DNA from: Octopus sinensis
Lineage: Eukaryota
NCBI RefSeq assembly: GCF_006345805.1
Contig: NC_043007.1
Coordinates: forward strand, 13,020,001 to 13,084,000
Reading direction: 5' to 3'
DNA length: 64,000 nucleotides
Part shown: positions 49,781 through 62,502 of the stretch, piece by piece
How the letters are laid out: each line of letters begins with the position of its first letter
Position numbering within the stretch: the stretch's first letter is position 1
The notes under the pieces: generated by a model
The model's database searches: none
Seen by the model: only the letters and a program-made list of their open reading frames with translations
Told to the model about the DNA's origin: nothing
Position numbers and translations under genes: made by a program

Positions 49781-49797
49781 ATATATATATATATATA

Positions 49798-50395
49798 TTC
49801 GTCCTCAGCCGCCTTGATTATTGCTCACAGCTATGGTCACCCACCAGTGTGAAATTAACAGCGGACCTTGAAGCTATCCAGAGAAGATTCACAAAGAAGA
49901 TCGTCTCTTTGCAACAGCTCAGCTACTGGGAAAGGTTGAAACATGAGAGAAGACGGGAGAGGTACGCAGTAATATATATCTGGAAGATCCTAGAAGGAAT
50001 TGTGCCCAATTTTGGCATTGAAAGCTACACCAAAGCCAGAACGGGACGACACTACATAGTGCCAAAGATCCCAGCAATGCCATCACGCTTCAGGACCAGT
50101 TACTGCAACAGCCTGGGTTTCAAGGGCCCACAGCTTTTTAATATTCTCCCAAAGAGTCTGAGGAACTTGCACAAAGTAGACGTAGGGGTTTTAAAATCAA
50201 AGCTGGATCTCTTCCTGTCGAGAGTCCCAGATGAACCTACCTCACGGCAAGAGGTGCAAATGAGGGTAGCTATATCAAACTCCATTCTTCATCAAGTGCC
50301 ACATATTAGAGGAGGCTCTTAGTAATAACAGTGTGGCAAAACGGCGGTGCATCAGCATGGCCGCAGATCTGAGCTGAAACTAGAGAAAAAAAAGA
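49798..50395 (+). mobile_element. 5'-truncated CR1-like LINE: ORF2 C-terminus (to 50322) plus short 3' UTR
   Basis: VLSRLDYCSQLWSP...LEAIQRRFTKKI..LSYWERLK..ERRRERY..IYIWKIL...LFNILP...KSKLDLFL matches the CR1-group post-RT region. Stop-free fragment with no true start. Confidence 0.88.
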
Positions 50396-50440
50396 ATATA
50401 TATATATATTGTATTTTTATATATATTTTTTATACATATA

Positions 50441-50837
50441 CTAGCAGTATCGCCCGGCGTTGCTCGGGTTTGTAAGGGAAATAATTATATAAGCATTTTT
50501 AGAGATGTAAAGTATAATAGCCATCTCAATATGGCTAACCACAAAGGGGGAGGGGTGTTACTGTAGCTTTTTACGTTCTGAGATTTAATAATAAATTTTA
50601 GAGAGTTACTTCTCTTATATATATGTCAAAAATGGATTAAAAATGGGAAAAATTGATGGTAAATTTTTTTAAAAATCGTAGACTCATCGTAGATGCGCGC
50701 TAATACCCAGAAGGTCTCGATATGAATCACGACTATAAGATACCCGGTTTTGGTTAAACTGCACCGCAAAATGTGGGAGTAGTTAGGAATCTAAATCGTA
50801 GGAGACAGACACACAACCTCACTTTTATATATAAAGA
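50441..50837 (-). mobile_element. Helitron subfamily 1 (variant interior as 45658)
   Basis: Termini and interior match. Confidence 0.88.
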
Positions 50838-50906
50838 TTTCCTCTATTTACATAATATTGAGGTCTCTTTCTTTCTTTTGTTATCTTACTGTTTTTACCA
50901 ATATAC

Positions 50907-50961
<55 letters not shown>

Positions 50962-50981
50962 ATATATTAAATATATATATA

Positions 50982-51285
50982 GTTACAGAGATGTACTTGC
51001 ATAGCAAGTGACTTGATCTGAGATCGTGTGCTGGAACGAAAACAGTTGCAGCGTTGAAGGTGTTTATAAGCCATTTAAGAAACACACAAAAACCGTTAGA
51101 TTCACTTCAACATTTAAATTTAATTTGCCAAAATATTTTCGTCGCTTTGAGACCGCGACCTGTTAGCACGATATTTTTGTCAGTGAACAGGTCGCGGTCT
51201 CAAAGCGAGGAAAATATTTTGGCAAATTAAATTTAAATGTTGAAGTGAATTCTTAAATGGCTTACAAACACCTTCCACGCTGCAA
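50982..51285. mobile_element. Foldback element (arms within 51046-51285), Penelope-like remnant
   Basis: ~100-bp inverted arms, (TA)n flanks; related fragment at ~62925-62995. Confidence 0.65.
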
Positions 51286-51439
51286 TATATATACACACAT
51301 ATATATATATGTATGTATTTGTATGTATGTATGTATTATGTATGTATGTATGTATGTATGTATGTATGTATGTATGTATGTATGTATGTATGTATGTATG
51401 TAGTGTGATATGTGTATGCATGTATGTGTTGTGTGTGCG

Positions 51440-51655
51440 TGTCTGTGCTTGTGATTGTCCTCCACCACTGCTTGACAACGAATGTTGGTTTGTTTACATC
51501 CCTGTCACCTAGTGGTTTGACAAAGGAAACAGATAGAATAAGTACAATGCTTACAAAAATAAAACTGGAGTTGATTCATTAAACTACAATTCTTCAAGGC
51601 ATTGCCCCAGCATGGCCACAGACCAATGGCTGGAAAAAGCAGAAGAATAAAAGAA
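51440..51655 (+). mobile_element. Old SINE family A 3' half
   Basis: Diverged tail. Confidence 0.7.
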
Positions 51656-51724
51656 TACATTCTCTGCTTTGGTCTTATGTTCAAGGCATGAGAAAGCTTG
51701 AGTTTACATGAGAAGGCCTAACAG

Positions 51725-52005
51725 ACCTGGTAGAAACAGCAGCTAAATCTCCCTCAAATCACACCTTACTGTCTTATGTATGTATATATATATGAGCCAA
51801 TGAGGGGACCTCTACATGGTAGCTAGACCTGGTAGAAATAGCAGCCAAATTTTCCCCAAATCACACCTTACTGTCTTATCTATGTATATATGTATGTATG
51901 AGCCTATGAGGGAGACCCCTACATGGCAGCTAGACATGGTAGAAATAGCAGCCAAATCTCCCTCAAATCACCCCTTACTGTCTTATGTATGTATATATAT
52001 ATATA
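51725..52005. repeat. ~108-bp tandem repeat (3 copies) derived from family E
   Basis: AGACCTGGTAGAAATAGCAGCCAAAT..CCC.CAAATCAC.CCTTACTGTCTTAT three times. Confidence 0.85.
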
Positions 52006-52274
52006 TATACAAGCCACTACGGTTATTTAATGTAAAGTCTTCCTCAAATCACTCTCGCTATTTACTCTCTTCCAAGAACATTTTCACTCACTCTTATCTC
52101 TTAGCTTGCAATACATTTTACTCATGTATCTATCAGCGTGATAGACAGAAACAAATATTACATCGCCATCGCCATCGCATTCTTTTGTCTACCTGTCAAC
52201 ACACTCACAGTGAATTAGTTTCATTTTATTCGTTGCACACTGTGTGTGTGCGTTTGCGTGTGCTGTAAACCAGA

Positions 52275-52485
52275 CTAAGAAAAGCATTTGACATACACAC
52301 CAGAATGTGAGTTTTCTGTAAATTTTGCTTAATTGGAGTTTAAATTTTAAAAACTGGACCTGGCATGACCCGATGCATTCTACTCTTAAAAATGCTAGGT
52401 AAATTGTAATTGAAGAAATCCTATATTGTAGATTTCTATAAGTGACAAAGGGAGGCAGATAAAATCTGCCTTTTATAATAAGAGA
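52275..52485 (-). mobile_element. Helitron-like fragment (5' end)
   Basis: Minus strand A^TCTCTTATTATAAAAGGCAGATTTTATCTGCC. Confidence 0.45.
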
Positions 52486-53245
52486 TTATTGCGGCGTAAC
52501 GTATATCTTGTTCTCTTATGTATGTAAGCATTCCACTATTGTACGACTTCTACACACACTTTCTCTATACTTCACTAGTCTCTGTCTTTCTCTTTTCTTG
52601 CCTCTGATTCTTTGGTCTCCTCTTCCCCCACTCTCTCTCATTTCTCTGTCTTTCTCACTTTGCACCTCACTGATTCTGTCGCCAAGCCAATCCTTGGCAC
52701 GCTCTCTTTCTTCTCCCCTCTTTAATTCCCTCTTTCTCCCCCCCTTGGTGCCTTTGTCCCTCTTTTTCGCTCGCTCTTTGATTCCTTTGCCCCCTTTTTT
52801 TCTCTCTCTTCTCCTCTCACATGACCGCCGGTCAACTAGCCTTTCGGCTTCTGACCACCGCCACGACAACATCGTTTTCTTCGTCTACCTCAAAGGCATT
52901 TTTTTTCAAATACGCCAGCTAAGCTAAGTTGAACTGTCTAAAGTCGTAAGACACCCGCTGTTTTTGTCCTGTTATTACTATTATTGTTTTTTGTATTTAT
53001 ATTCGTGTAGCATCGTCCGTTTTTCTGTCCTTGTTTCGTATACATTCGATCCTTTTTCCAAGAAATCTAATGCTCGTAGCTTAGTTTTTTCCTTGGGGCT
53101 GGCCGCATCGGAGCGATCTCAAGATTAATCAGCCGAAATTGCGAGGATGATCCGGTTCTTGACTGAAGATTAGAGGCTTCGAATGACCCGTCCGTTTTTT
53201 GTGTCGTCTCTTTGAGTGTTTTGCGTTCTTGTCCCATTTTGTATT

Positions 53246-53276
<31 letters not shown>

Positions 53277-53288
53277 TATATATCTATA

Positions 53289-53330
<42 letters not shown>

Positions 53331-53749
53331 GAGAGAGAGAGAAATATGGTGACAATTATAAGCACAAGTGTTTACGTGGGCGCGCTAGATAAATATATGC
53401 ATAGATAGGTTCATGTTGTCGTGGTCGGTATCACAATTTTATAAGGGTACATGTTAAATTTTACCATGATACAAAATATTGCTCCCACCTCTTCTGAATG
53501 GCTATGAACGATCGCTGCCAAAAAGGGCCTTCTGTTAAAGTGTACGAATCTAGTTCTGTAACAAGGGAGAGGGAGGTAGGAAACAACCACTTTTGAGGCG
53601 AATTTTTATTTTTGAGGGTGGGGGCCACGCCATTGTACGATTTCAACTTTTATTTTTAACTAAAATATGTTGAAACATTTTAAAACATACCAGTCCAATA
53701 TCTTAATATTTTATCTCACACACACACACAAACTCACATACACACGCAT

Positions 53750-53794
<45 letters not shown>

Positions 53795-53930
53795 TACACG
53801 ATCGCCAGCACTTTTCTTTTCTAGTTTGTCAGTGACATGTACTTTTATATAAAGAGAATTATATATTGCGGGTACGTATGGTTGTGTGTGCATATGCGTG
53901 TGCGTATATAGGTGTATATATGCATATATG

Positions 53931-53966
<36 letters not shown>

Positions 53967-54028
53967 TATACATACACACCTCTCTCTGTAAATATATATA
54001 TAAATATATGTATATCCCTCTCTCTCTA

Positions 54029-54105
<77 letters not shown>

Positions 54106-54408
54106 ATATATATGTATGTATATGAAAATGGAGGAGAGTTAGACAGACAGACAGAATGCGAGACAAAGGGGGCGCATAAAACTGGAATATGATAAGGTGG
54201 TTGAAAGGGAAGATAAGAAACTGAAAAGGGGGGGAAAATAACCCCCATAAAACAGATAAAGGATGAGGACAAAACGTCAAAGATATTTTTCTGGTGATGA
54301 AGCAATTTGAAAGGGCACACACACACACCTCACACGCACAAATGTACATACACACGCAAAAAGAAAAAAAAATCACACACTCAGAAACACACACATGCAG
54401 ACGTAGAT

Positions 54409-54451
<43 letters not shown>

Positions 54452-54567
54452 ATCACGTTTAAAAAAGATTAGACGCAAAATTATTGCAGTCTCGTAATCT
54501 TAAATCAGATATATTTAGCCTCACATTCACACGAGTTCAGTTATAACTATGTGACTATGTATGAGTG

Positions 54568-54599
<32 letters not shown>

Positions 54600-54641
54600 T
54601 ATATACGCGTACACATATGCATGTATACTAAATACACATGA

Positions 54642-54673
<32 letters not shown>

Positions 54674-54739
54674 ATGTGTGTATCTATCGATATGTCTATC
54701 TATCTATCTACCTACCTATCTATCTAATCTATCTATCTA

Positions 54740-54817
<78 letters not shown>

Positions 54818-54861
54818 TTGTATATTACGCGTATATGTATGTATGTATGTATGCATGTATG

Positions 54862-54892
<31 letters not shown>

Positions 54893-55053
54893 GTATGTAT
54901 GTATGTATGTATGTATATATATATATATGCTTACATACATATACAGATAGCCTTATGTTTATATATTTGTACATGCATTTATTTTTATCCATAGGCGCAG
55001 GCGTGGCTCTGTGGTAAAATGTTTGCTTACCAACCACATGATGTATATATATA

Positions 55054-55098
<45 letters not shown>

Positions 55099-55103
55099 GT
55101 GTG

Positions 55104-55150
<47 letters not shown>

Positions 55151-55330
55151 AAAAAGTCCACATTAATTACAAAGGAATTTGTGAAGGGATTCAGGTCAAG
55201 GGTAGGGTGCTGAAATATTCTGGTCTGCCTGGGGGCGTGCAAACAATCAATGTCAGCTTAATGTATCTATTCCCGACCGTAGTCACGTCATATGTTTGAT
55301 GTGACCGTATTGGGCCTAGTTAAGATACTG

Positions 55331-55389
<59 letters not shown>

Positions 55390-55665
55390 CAAGGAAAAAT
55401 TGTAAAATTGCAGAATGCTAAATTGAAAGAAATTTTAATGTAAATGGGTGTATGGAAAAAGTTTTTGAAAAATTGATAAAATATATAATATATATTAATT
55501 CAAACCGGTTTCGTCATAATGTGACTTTTCAAGAATTGTAAAGTAAAAATTTTTTTTTTAAAGTGAGAAAGGGGAAAAAAGAAAATTGCATTGTTTTTTG
55601 CAAAAAAATAATGATAAATATGTACAAAAATTAAAAAATAAGTACTCCGATACATTGTGAAGTCT

Positions 55666-55784
55666 TATCTTGAGTTTAATGATTGTTCACGAAAAAATTA
55701 CCTTAAAGTATTAGGATCCTAATTAGTATTAGGATCCTAATACTTAAGGTAATTTTTTCGTGAACAATCATTAAACTCAAGATA
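55666..55784. repeat. Near-perfect palindrome with a doubled ATTAGGATCCTAAT centre
   Basis: TATCTTGAGTTTAATGATTGTTCACGAAAAAATTACCTTAA... / ...TTAAGGTAATTTTTTCGTGAACAATCATTAAACTCAAGATA. Confidence 0.85.
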
Positions 55785-55832
55785 CATTTATCATTTCTCC
55801 ACGTGCGGTCAACACAACCCTACCATTTATTG

Positions 55833-55901
<69 letters not shown>

Positions 55902-56004
55902 ATATATATATACACATATAATATATATATATATATATATACATATATATATTATATATATATATATATACACATATATATAATATATATATATATATAT
56001 ACAC

Positions 56005-56038
<34 letters not shown>

Positions 56039-56369
56039 TATATATATATATATATATATACACATATATATATATATACATACATACATATATACCTAAT
56101 CATCATGTTGAACCATTAATCACTACACATTTTCCCTCTCTTTCTCTCTCTCTCTCTCTCTCTCTGTGTTTCCTTTTTGTTCTGTCTCCTTTTCTTTCCT
56201 CTCAATCCTTTTTGTCGAAGAGCGTAGGGTTGAAACGTCAAAGAGTTTTCCATTCTTCCCAAGCGTCAAACAAATACACCTGCTTGTTGTTCCATCACCT
56301 GAGCCATTCCTTACGCTGCTTCATATTGATGTACAGGCAACATTTTTCGTCGCCGGTACATATAAACTT

Positions 56370-56457
56370 ACTTGGAAATGGATGCGTGGCGTTCAATCAA
56401 ATAATAATAAATTTCCAATATAAACAACACACACACACCACACACACAACACACACA

Positions 56458-56500
<43 letters not shown>

Positions 56501-57221
56501 CATGCAGATATGGGTATAGGACGTCACCAACAGTAAACAACATGAAATAGGAAAACAAATGAGTTTAATACGCAAACAACGAGAAAAAAATGGAAAATAG
56601 GACAAGTAACATAAAGAACGACCCTTCATCAGTTGTCGGCTGTCTAGCTACTCATTTCGAGCAATGAATGACAATATGAGTCTACGAAGACAGTTGCTCC
56701 CATAGGTACCAAAATAAAATTTGGGATTTTATGGAGGGTCAAAGTTGGGAACAAAAACACGACAGTGGAGACATACAAGGAAACTGAATGGAAACAAACA
56801 TGGAGGGTCGTTATATCAGAGCGAAGGTAAAATAGCGAACGCTGGAGAAATATTTTCTTTGACAAGAGAAAGGATAGAAGATAGAGATATATAGGATACA
56901 TCCAGTCCTTAGGACAGCCCTGAAAGAAAAGAAAGATGATAACGTGAGGAAAGGAAAGATGGACGATGGTCACGTGTAAGCAACGAGAGAGTAATGGAGA
57001 AAGAGGGGAGAGAGAGGCAGATAGAAAACGGTGAAATGGAGAACAAAAGGGAAATAGAGAAAGGATGAGAGAGAAAGTGATAGAGGGAGAAAGCAGTATA
57101 GAGTCGCATCAAAAGGATTAAGATAAACGTACTTGAAAATGGATGCGTGGCGTTCAATCAAATAATAATATAAATAATATATATATATATATATATGCAT
57201 GCATACACACACATACACACG

Positions 57222-57264
<43 letters not shown>

Positions 57265-57431
57265 ATATATATTATATATATATATATATACACTCATGCA
57301 TATATGGGTAGAGGACGTCACTAACAGTAAACAACATGAAATACGAAAACAAATAAGTTAAATACGCAAACAACGAGAGTAACAAATGGAAAACAGAACA
57401 AGTATCATAAAGAACGACCCTTCATCAGTTG
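56370..57431 (-). mobile_element. Element with partial direct terminal repeats (56370-56634, 57131-57431), Penelope-like
   Basis: Diverged direct repeats with CTGATGAAGGG on the minus strand; relatives at 39700-39880 and 8130-8220. Confidence 0.5.
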
Positions 57432-57933
57432 GTGTGTGTGTATTTAATCTAGTATGTTGAGTTGTGTTAGAACTGAAATTGATAACAGGATTTTAATTGC
57501 ATCTCTATCTGATCATTCGAATTTCTTTTCTTCTGGTTCAAAATTGCTAAGGTATTCTTTAATTTAGCAGGTTTTTGCTGTATTTTAAACAGCTGCAGAG
57601 ATTTAAATAGTAAATTTATTTCTAACACCCGGTTAGAAATGCATTGTGCGTGTGTGACTATGTATGTGCTTCCCCGAAAGGTAGAAAGGAAAGGTTGGCC
57701 TTTGCAGAATTTGAACTCAGAACATAGAGAGCCGGAACAAACCACGACGCTTCGATGATTTTTACCAGTCCACTATCGTTATATATAAATTAATCTGATG
57801 GAACTTCAGAAAAAAATAGACTTAACTGAATAAAAGAAAGCACAAAATTTGGAAGTCTTCATATGTATGTATATATATGTATATGTACATATATATATAT
57901 ATATATATATAATATATATGTATGTATGTATAT

Positions 57934-58006
<73 letters not shown>

Positions 58007-58971
58007 ATGTGTGTGTGTGTGTGTGTGTGCTTGTTTGTATACAGGTATGTGTGAGTGTAGTATACACATGTACATACACGTCTGTGTGTGTATTCACGCA
58101 CACACACACACACATAGTTACACATGCACACGTACGCATACATGTATGCATGTCTACTTATGTATGTGTGATTGTATACGAAACATGCACTCAGACATAC
58201 GTGTACGTGTGTGCGATAGGGAGACACTGACAGACAGAAAGAGAATGCAATCTGGCCGAAGGTGCTAAATCTATTTCAAACGATTTTGGCGTATAAATTA
58301 TCGCGTGACATATGCTACGCTTATTTGTGATTGTTTAGCGCATAAATTAATTTCATTCACTCATAGGAATCCATTAGGACACGAATGTTAGCCTCGTTGT
58401 CCCTTTACTCTAGGAAGCCCTTAAGACACGAAGGATATATCTGTTGTTCCCCAGCCCCTCAATATACTTCAGAATTAATCATGTACCAAGTCAGACTTTT
58501 GAGAAAATATTAAAAAAATGATGCAACAAAATTCTCTGGGTAACTTTTTGTATTTTTACGTGGATCTGAGCATTAATTCCATGTTTAAAAGTTTGGCAAG
58601 TGGCAATCTTTCGGTATTAGTAGACAACATCATTCACCCATACAACGTTCCCTTATGGCATAGAGGCTGGTCTGAAAAAGTGGGTGAAATGACGTCATCT
58701 ACTAATACCGAAAGATTGCATTGGCAAGTTGTTCTTGTAGTGTATGGCCATGCTAGCACACTGGGGTGCTGTTATGAATGAAACGAATTCCCATGCCGAA
58801 AACCGGATCGAACCAAGGACGCCTTGGTGAGAACCGGAAATTAAAACTATTCAAAGTCATACGAATGATTCATTTTAAAAACTTTGATAACATGTATACA
58901 TTTTTCCTCGTTTATCACGAGGGTTCGTTTAAAAAATAAAAGGCAAACAGTGATAAATGAATCTCCAGTAT

Positions 58972-59130
58972 ACTTTGTAAATGGAAGAAATGGTAGATTC
59001 ATTCACACCGAACTCGCGGCTCATAGCAGCGAAGCTTCCACCGTCATATATTACCTTGATCATTTTCACCTTTTATCCTTTCGGGAATACGCTCGTCTGC
59101 ACCGGTTGTTAGGATTAGGTGCCTTCGTGT
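58972..59130 (-). pseudogene. pogo/Tigger transposase N-terminal HTH remnant
   Basis: KVKMIKVIYDGGSFAAMSREFGVNESTISSIYK resembles the CENP-B/psq-type HTH. Confidence 0.6.
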
Positions 59131-59710
59131 TTTTTCTGTTCACTGGTCCCAAATTGGTGATGATGATGATGATGATGATGATGGTGATGATGAGGATGAG
59201 TACGTAAATTCGTATAAAAATACGAAACCTTGTAGCACGTTAATCTAAACACAAATGATAGCCAGTGCATTCTGGGTAGTTGAGTATTATGGATGATCTC
59301 TGGCGCGCGTGTTTTTACGGTACAAGCACAAATCTTCGACTGATCGCTGACTCGTACCATCACAGATTTAATTTCACAACTGAGCGTACGATGTTATCGC
59401 GGATCAGTGATGATTGAGTCGGTGATAAACAAGGCAACATATTTTAACATTTCATGTGTCACAATTGGGTGAATCGATACGATCTCAGCTTATCGGGAGA
59501 AAAGTAGACAGTTCGCATCTCGACCCTAACGATCGTTTTATTGCTGATTAAAATTTCCGTTGATTCCATATTACCTCGCGGCTCCGTTCGATGTTTATCA
59601 TGTACTGCTGTAAGTAGTAGGGACACCATTTCATTGGAATTAACCTTTCAAAAGCTGTTGAGTGGCGTCCGAGTCCTCTTACGAGCCTAAAGATATCAGC
59701 AGTGACATCA

Positions 59711-60051
59711 GGAGGCGCAATGGCCCAGTGGTTACGGCAACGGACTCGCGGTTTCGATTCCCAGACCGGGCGTTGTGTGTGTTTATTGAGCGAAAACACC
59801 TAAAGCTCCACGAGGTTCCGGCAGGGATGGGGGTGGCTAACCCTGCTGTACTCTTTCGCCACAACTTTCTCTCACGCTTTCTTCCTACGCAACCGCTGAG
59901 CCTGGATGCGCATTCATCCATCCGTCGATGCTCTCGGTGTCGGGGGTTGACCTGCTTTCTCTTCTGCGGGTCTTACGAATAGCAAAGGACCACGTTTCGG
60001 ACTTCTCCCACTACAGAGGCGCGATCTTGCGAGCTCTGGGTCAAACAAACA
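59711..60051 (+). mobile_element. SINE family C, 13-bp TSD, (CAAA) tail
   Basis: AGCAGTGACATCA at 59698-59710 and 60052-60064. Confidence 0.92.
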
Positions 60052-60094
60052 AGCAGTGACATCACTGACTTTTTAACTGGTTACTGAGCTGATC

Positions 60095-60450
60095 AGCATT
60101 ATAATATGAAAATGAAATTATTTACATTATACAATGGAAATAGAATTACCAATGTTATGGTATAAGATTGTATTATGGTATGGAATTATCAATATTATGT
60201 AATGAAAATAGGTTATTAGTATTATGTTATGAAAATTGAATTGTCAGCATTGTGAGGAAACTAGAATTACCAATATTATGTTATGAAAATAGAATTATTT
60301 ATATTATGTGATGAAATTAGAATTGTCGATATTATGTTCACCAAAATCGAATTATTAACATTCGGATGCAAATAGAATTATCCAAATTTATGTGATGAAA
60401 AACTGAATTATTAACAGTGTATGAATAAAATGGAATCATCAATATTATGT
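60095..60450. repeat. Degenerate AT-rich ~29-bp minisatellite
   Basis: TAGAATTAYCAATATTATGTWATGAAAA-like units. Confidence 0.8.
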
Positions 60451-60565
60451 ATCTAAAAAAGGTATGAGTTATTGTTCTTGCTGCCCAGGTCAGCCTTCAC
60501 ATAATAAGCCTCTGATTTAAAGCATTTCCACTGTAACCGTCTTATTTTTTTAATTTTTAAATATA

Positions 60566-60948
60566 CTTGCAGTATCGCCCGGCGTTGCCCGGGTTTGTTA
60601 GAATTGGAATTTTTGAAAAGTAAAAATTTTGCATTATGTAGCTTGTTATTCTCTTTAAGTGAACATTTTTTTGGTTGAAATACACCGAAAAATGGTGACA
60701 CAACAGTAAAAAAAATCGTTAAAAAAATAGGGATTTTCATAGAAAAAAAGCACCTTTTTGATGTAAATAATTTTTAGTGTTAACATGGTCCGATTTGAAT
60801 TTATTCTTCTACGAAAGGAAGAGCAAGCCTTCTTCTATCATACTCTCAATTTTGGTCAACTTGCGCCGCCGGGTCTCGGAGGAGATAGTGTTAGTTGAAG
60901 GCTACCAAACCTGCCATACACAGACAACTTCAGCTTTATATATATAGA
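60566..60948 (-). mobile_element. Helitron subfamily 2
   Basis: Reverse complement of 46739-47130. Confidence 0.85.
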
Positions 60949-61029
60949 AATTTTGTTCCTTCATACACGATATATCCTCCTGTTTTAAATATTTGACGGG
61001 TCTTTGTGGTTTCCGTCACTGTTTACAAT

Positions 61030-61500
61030 TATCTTTAAAAACATTTTTTTTTTCACATAGATGTAAATTTCGACGCTGAATCCGAATTTGTTATTCATTT
61101 ATTCTAGAAAAAATTTTGCAAAAATGTTACAGGTATTCAAAGTTTGATAATTTTCAGAATTTTCAACCAATCAGAAAACAGCACGTTCGCTGCCTCTTCC
61201 ATCATCGGGGGTAGAGGTGCATCGACATTTCAAAACATTAAACTAAGATTTTATAAAATAAATTATCTTTCTCGTACCTCCTCCTCCTCGTGCGCATGCG
61301 CAGCATCTTTGGTTACTATGGAAACAGTTCTTCGCAATCAGCTAGGCAACATGTGGTGCTTCTTTGCTTTGGTTGCTATGGAAATAGAAGTTCTCACCAC
61401 GGTGATGTGTAAAATACTCGTTTCTGATTGGCTAAAATACCCAAATTTTTGCAAATTTTAAAGGCCGATAGCTTTTAATTATGAATTTTATAGGAAAAAT
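61030..61500. mobile_element. Probable old MITE with loose internal inverted symmetry
   Basis: CCAATCAGAAA (~61168) / TTTCTGATTGG (~61421) inverted boxes. Ends unclear. Confidence 0.4.
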
Positions 61501-61510
61501 GAATTTAATT

Positions 61511-61811
61511 AATGATAGCAAAAGGGGTTGATTGCTACCTAGCTCAGATACCAGGAAACCCCAAAATGGCAGAACTGCCCATATGCTACGCAAAATACCT
61601 TCTATGTAATCTCAAGTTTTAAAACAAACACATAATTTTATTATGGTTTCTTAAACATTCTCTTGAACAACACTATATACAAAACCAAATATATGGCACC
61701 CTAGGCATAACACCAACATGAACTTCCAACCTGTCTTTTGAGGTCTCTGGGTGAGACTTGGAGCCAACTTGTACAAATGTAAAGCAAGAGTCAAACTTTA
61801 ATAATAATAAT
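61511..61811 (+). mobile_element. 5'-truncated Dong/R4-clade LINE 3' end with (TAA)n tail
   Basis: MIAKGVDCYLAQIPGNPKMAE-(deletion)-TAHMLRKIPSM*, ~190-nt UTR, TAATAATAATAAT. Confidence 0.7.
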
Positions 61812-61814
61812 ATC

Positions 61815-62390
61815 TACTATAAACACAAGGCCTAAAATTTTGTGGGTAGGAACTAAACGATTGCATGAACCCTAGTGCTTGACTGGTACCCATTTTATCG
61901 ACACCAAAAGGATGAAAGTCAGCGTCATCTCAGAACGTAAAGAATCGAAAGAAATGCCGCCAAGCATTGTGTCCAATTCTTAATGATTTTGCTATCTCGC
62001 ACTCCTTCCTCCCATAGGCACAAGGCCATAAATTTGGGATTTATGAGGGGTAAGTCGATTGTATCAACCCTAGTGATCAACTGGTATTTATTTTATCGAC
62101 CCCCGAAAGGAAGAAAGACGAATTCGACGTCCGCGGAATTTGAACTCAGACGAAATACCTATTTCTTTACTACCCACAAGGGGCTAAACACAGAAAGGAC
62201 AAACAGGGACAGACAAACGGATTAAGTCGATTACATCGACCTCAGTGCGAAACTGGTACTTAATTTATCGACCCCGAAAGGATGAAAAGCAAAGTCGACC
62301 TCGACGGAATTTGAACTCAGAACGTAGCGGCAGACGAAATACGGCTACGCATTTCGCCCGGCGTGCTAACGATTCTGCCAGCTCACCGCC
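61815..62390 (-). mobile_element. SINE family B copies (old monomer 61815-61990; dimer 62010-62390)
   Basis: Family match, tails 1 and 2. Confidence 0.8.
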
Positions 62391-62399
62391 ATTCGCAGT

Positions 62400-62460
62400 C
62401 AAATAATAATAATAAGAAGAAGAACAACAACAACAACGATTTCTTTAATGATAATGATAA

Positions 62461-62502
<42 letters not shown>

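Noticed and set aside
49747-50322. 191-aa ORF as a host CDS
   Set aside because: 5'-truncated LINE ORF2; the apparent start comes from flanking sequence and (TA)n.
61075-61092. ATCCGAATTTGT resembling the miR-10 3' part
   Set aside because: No seed match or hairpin; lies in a probable MITE.
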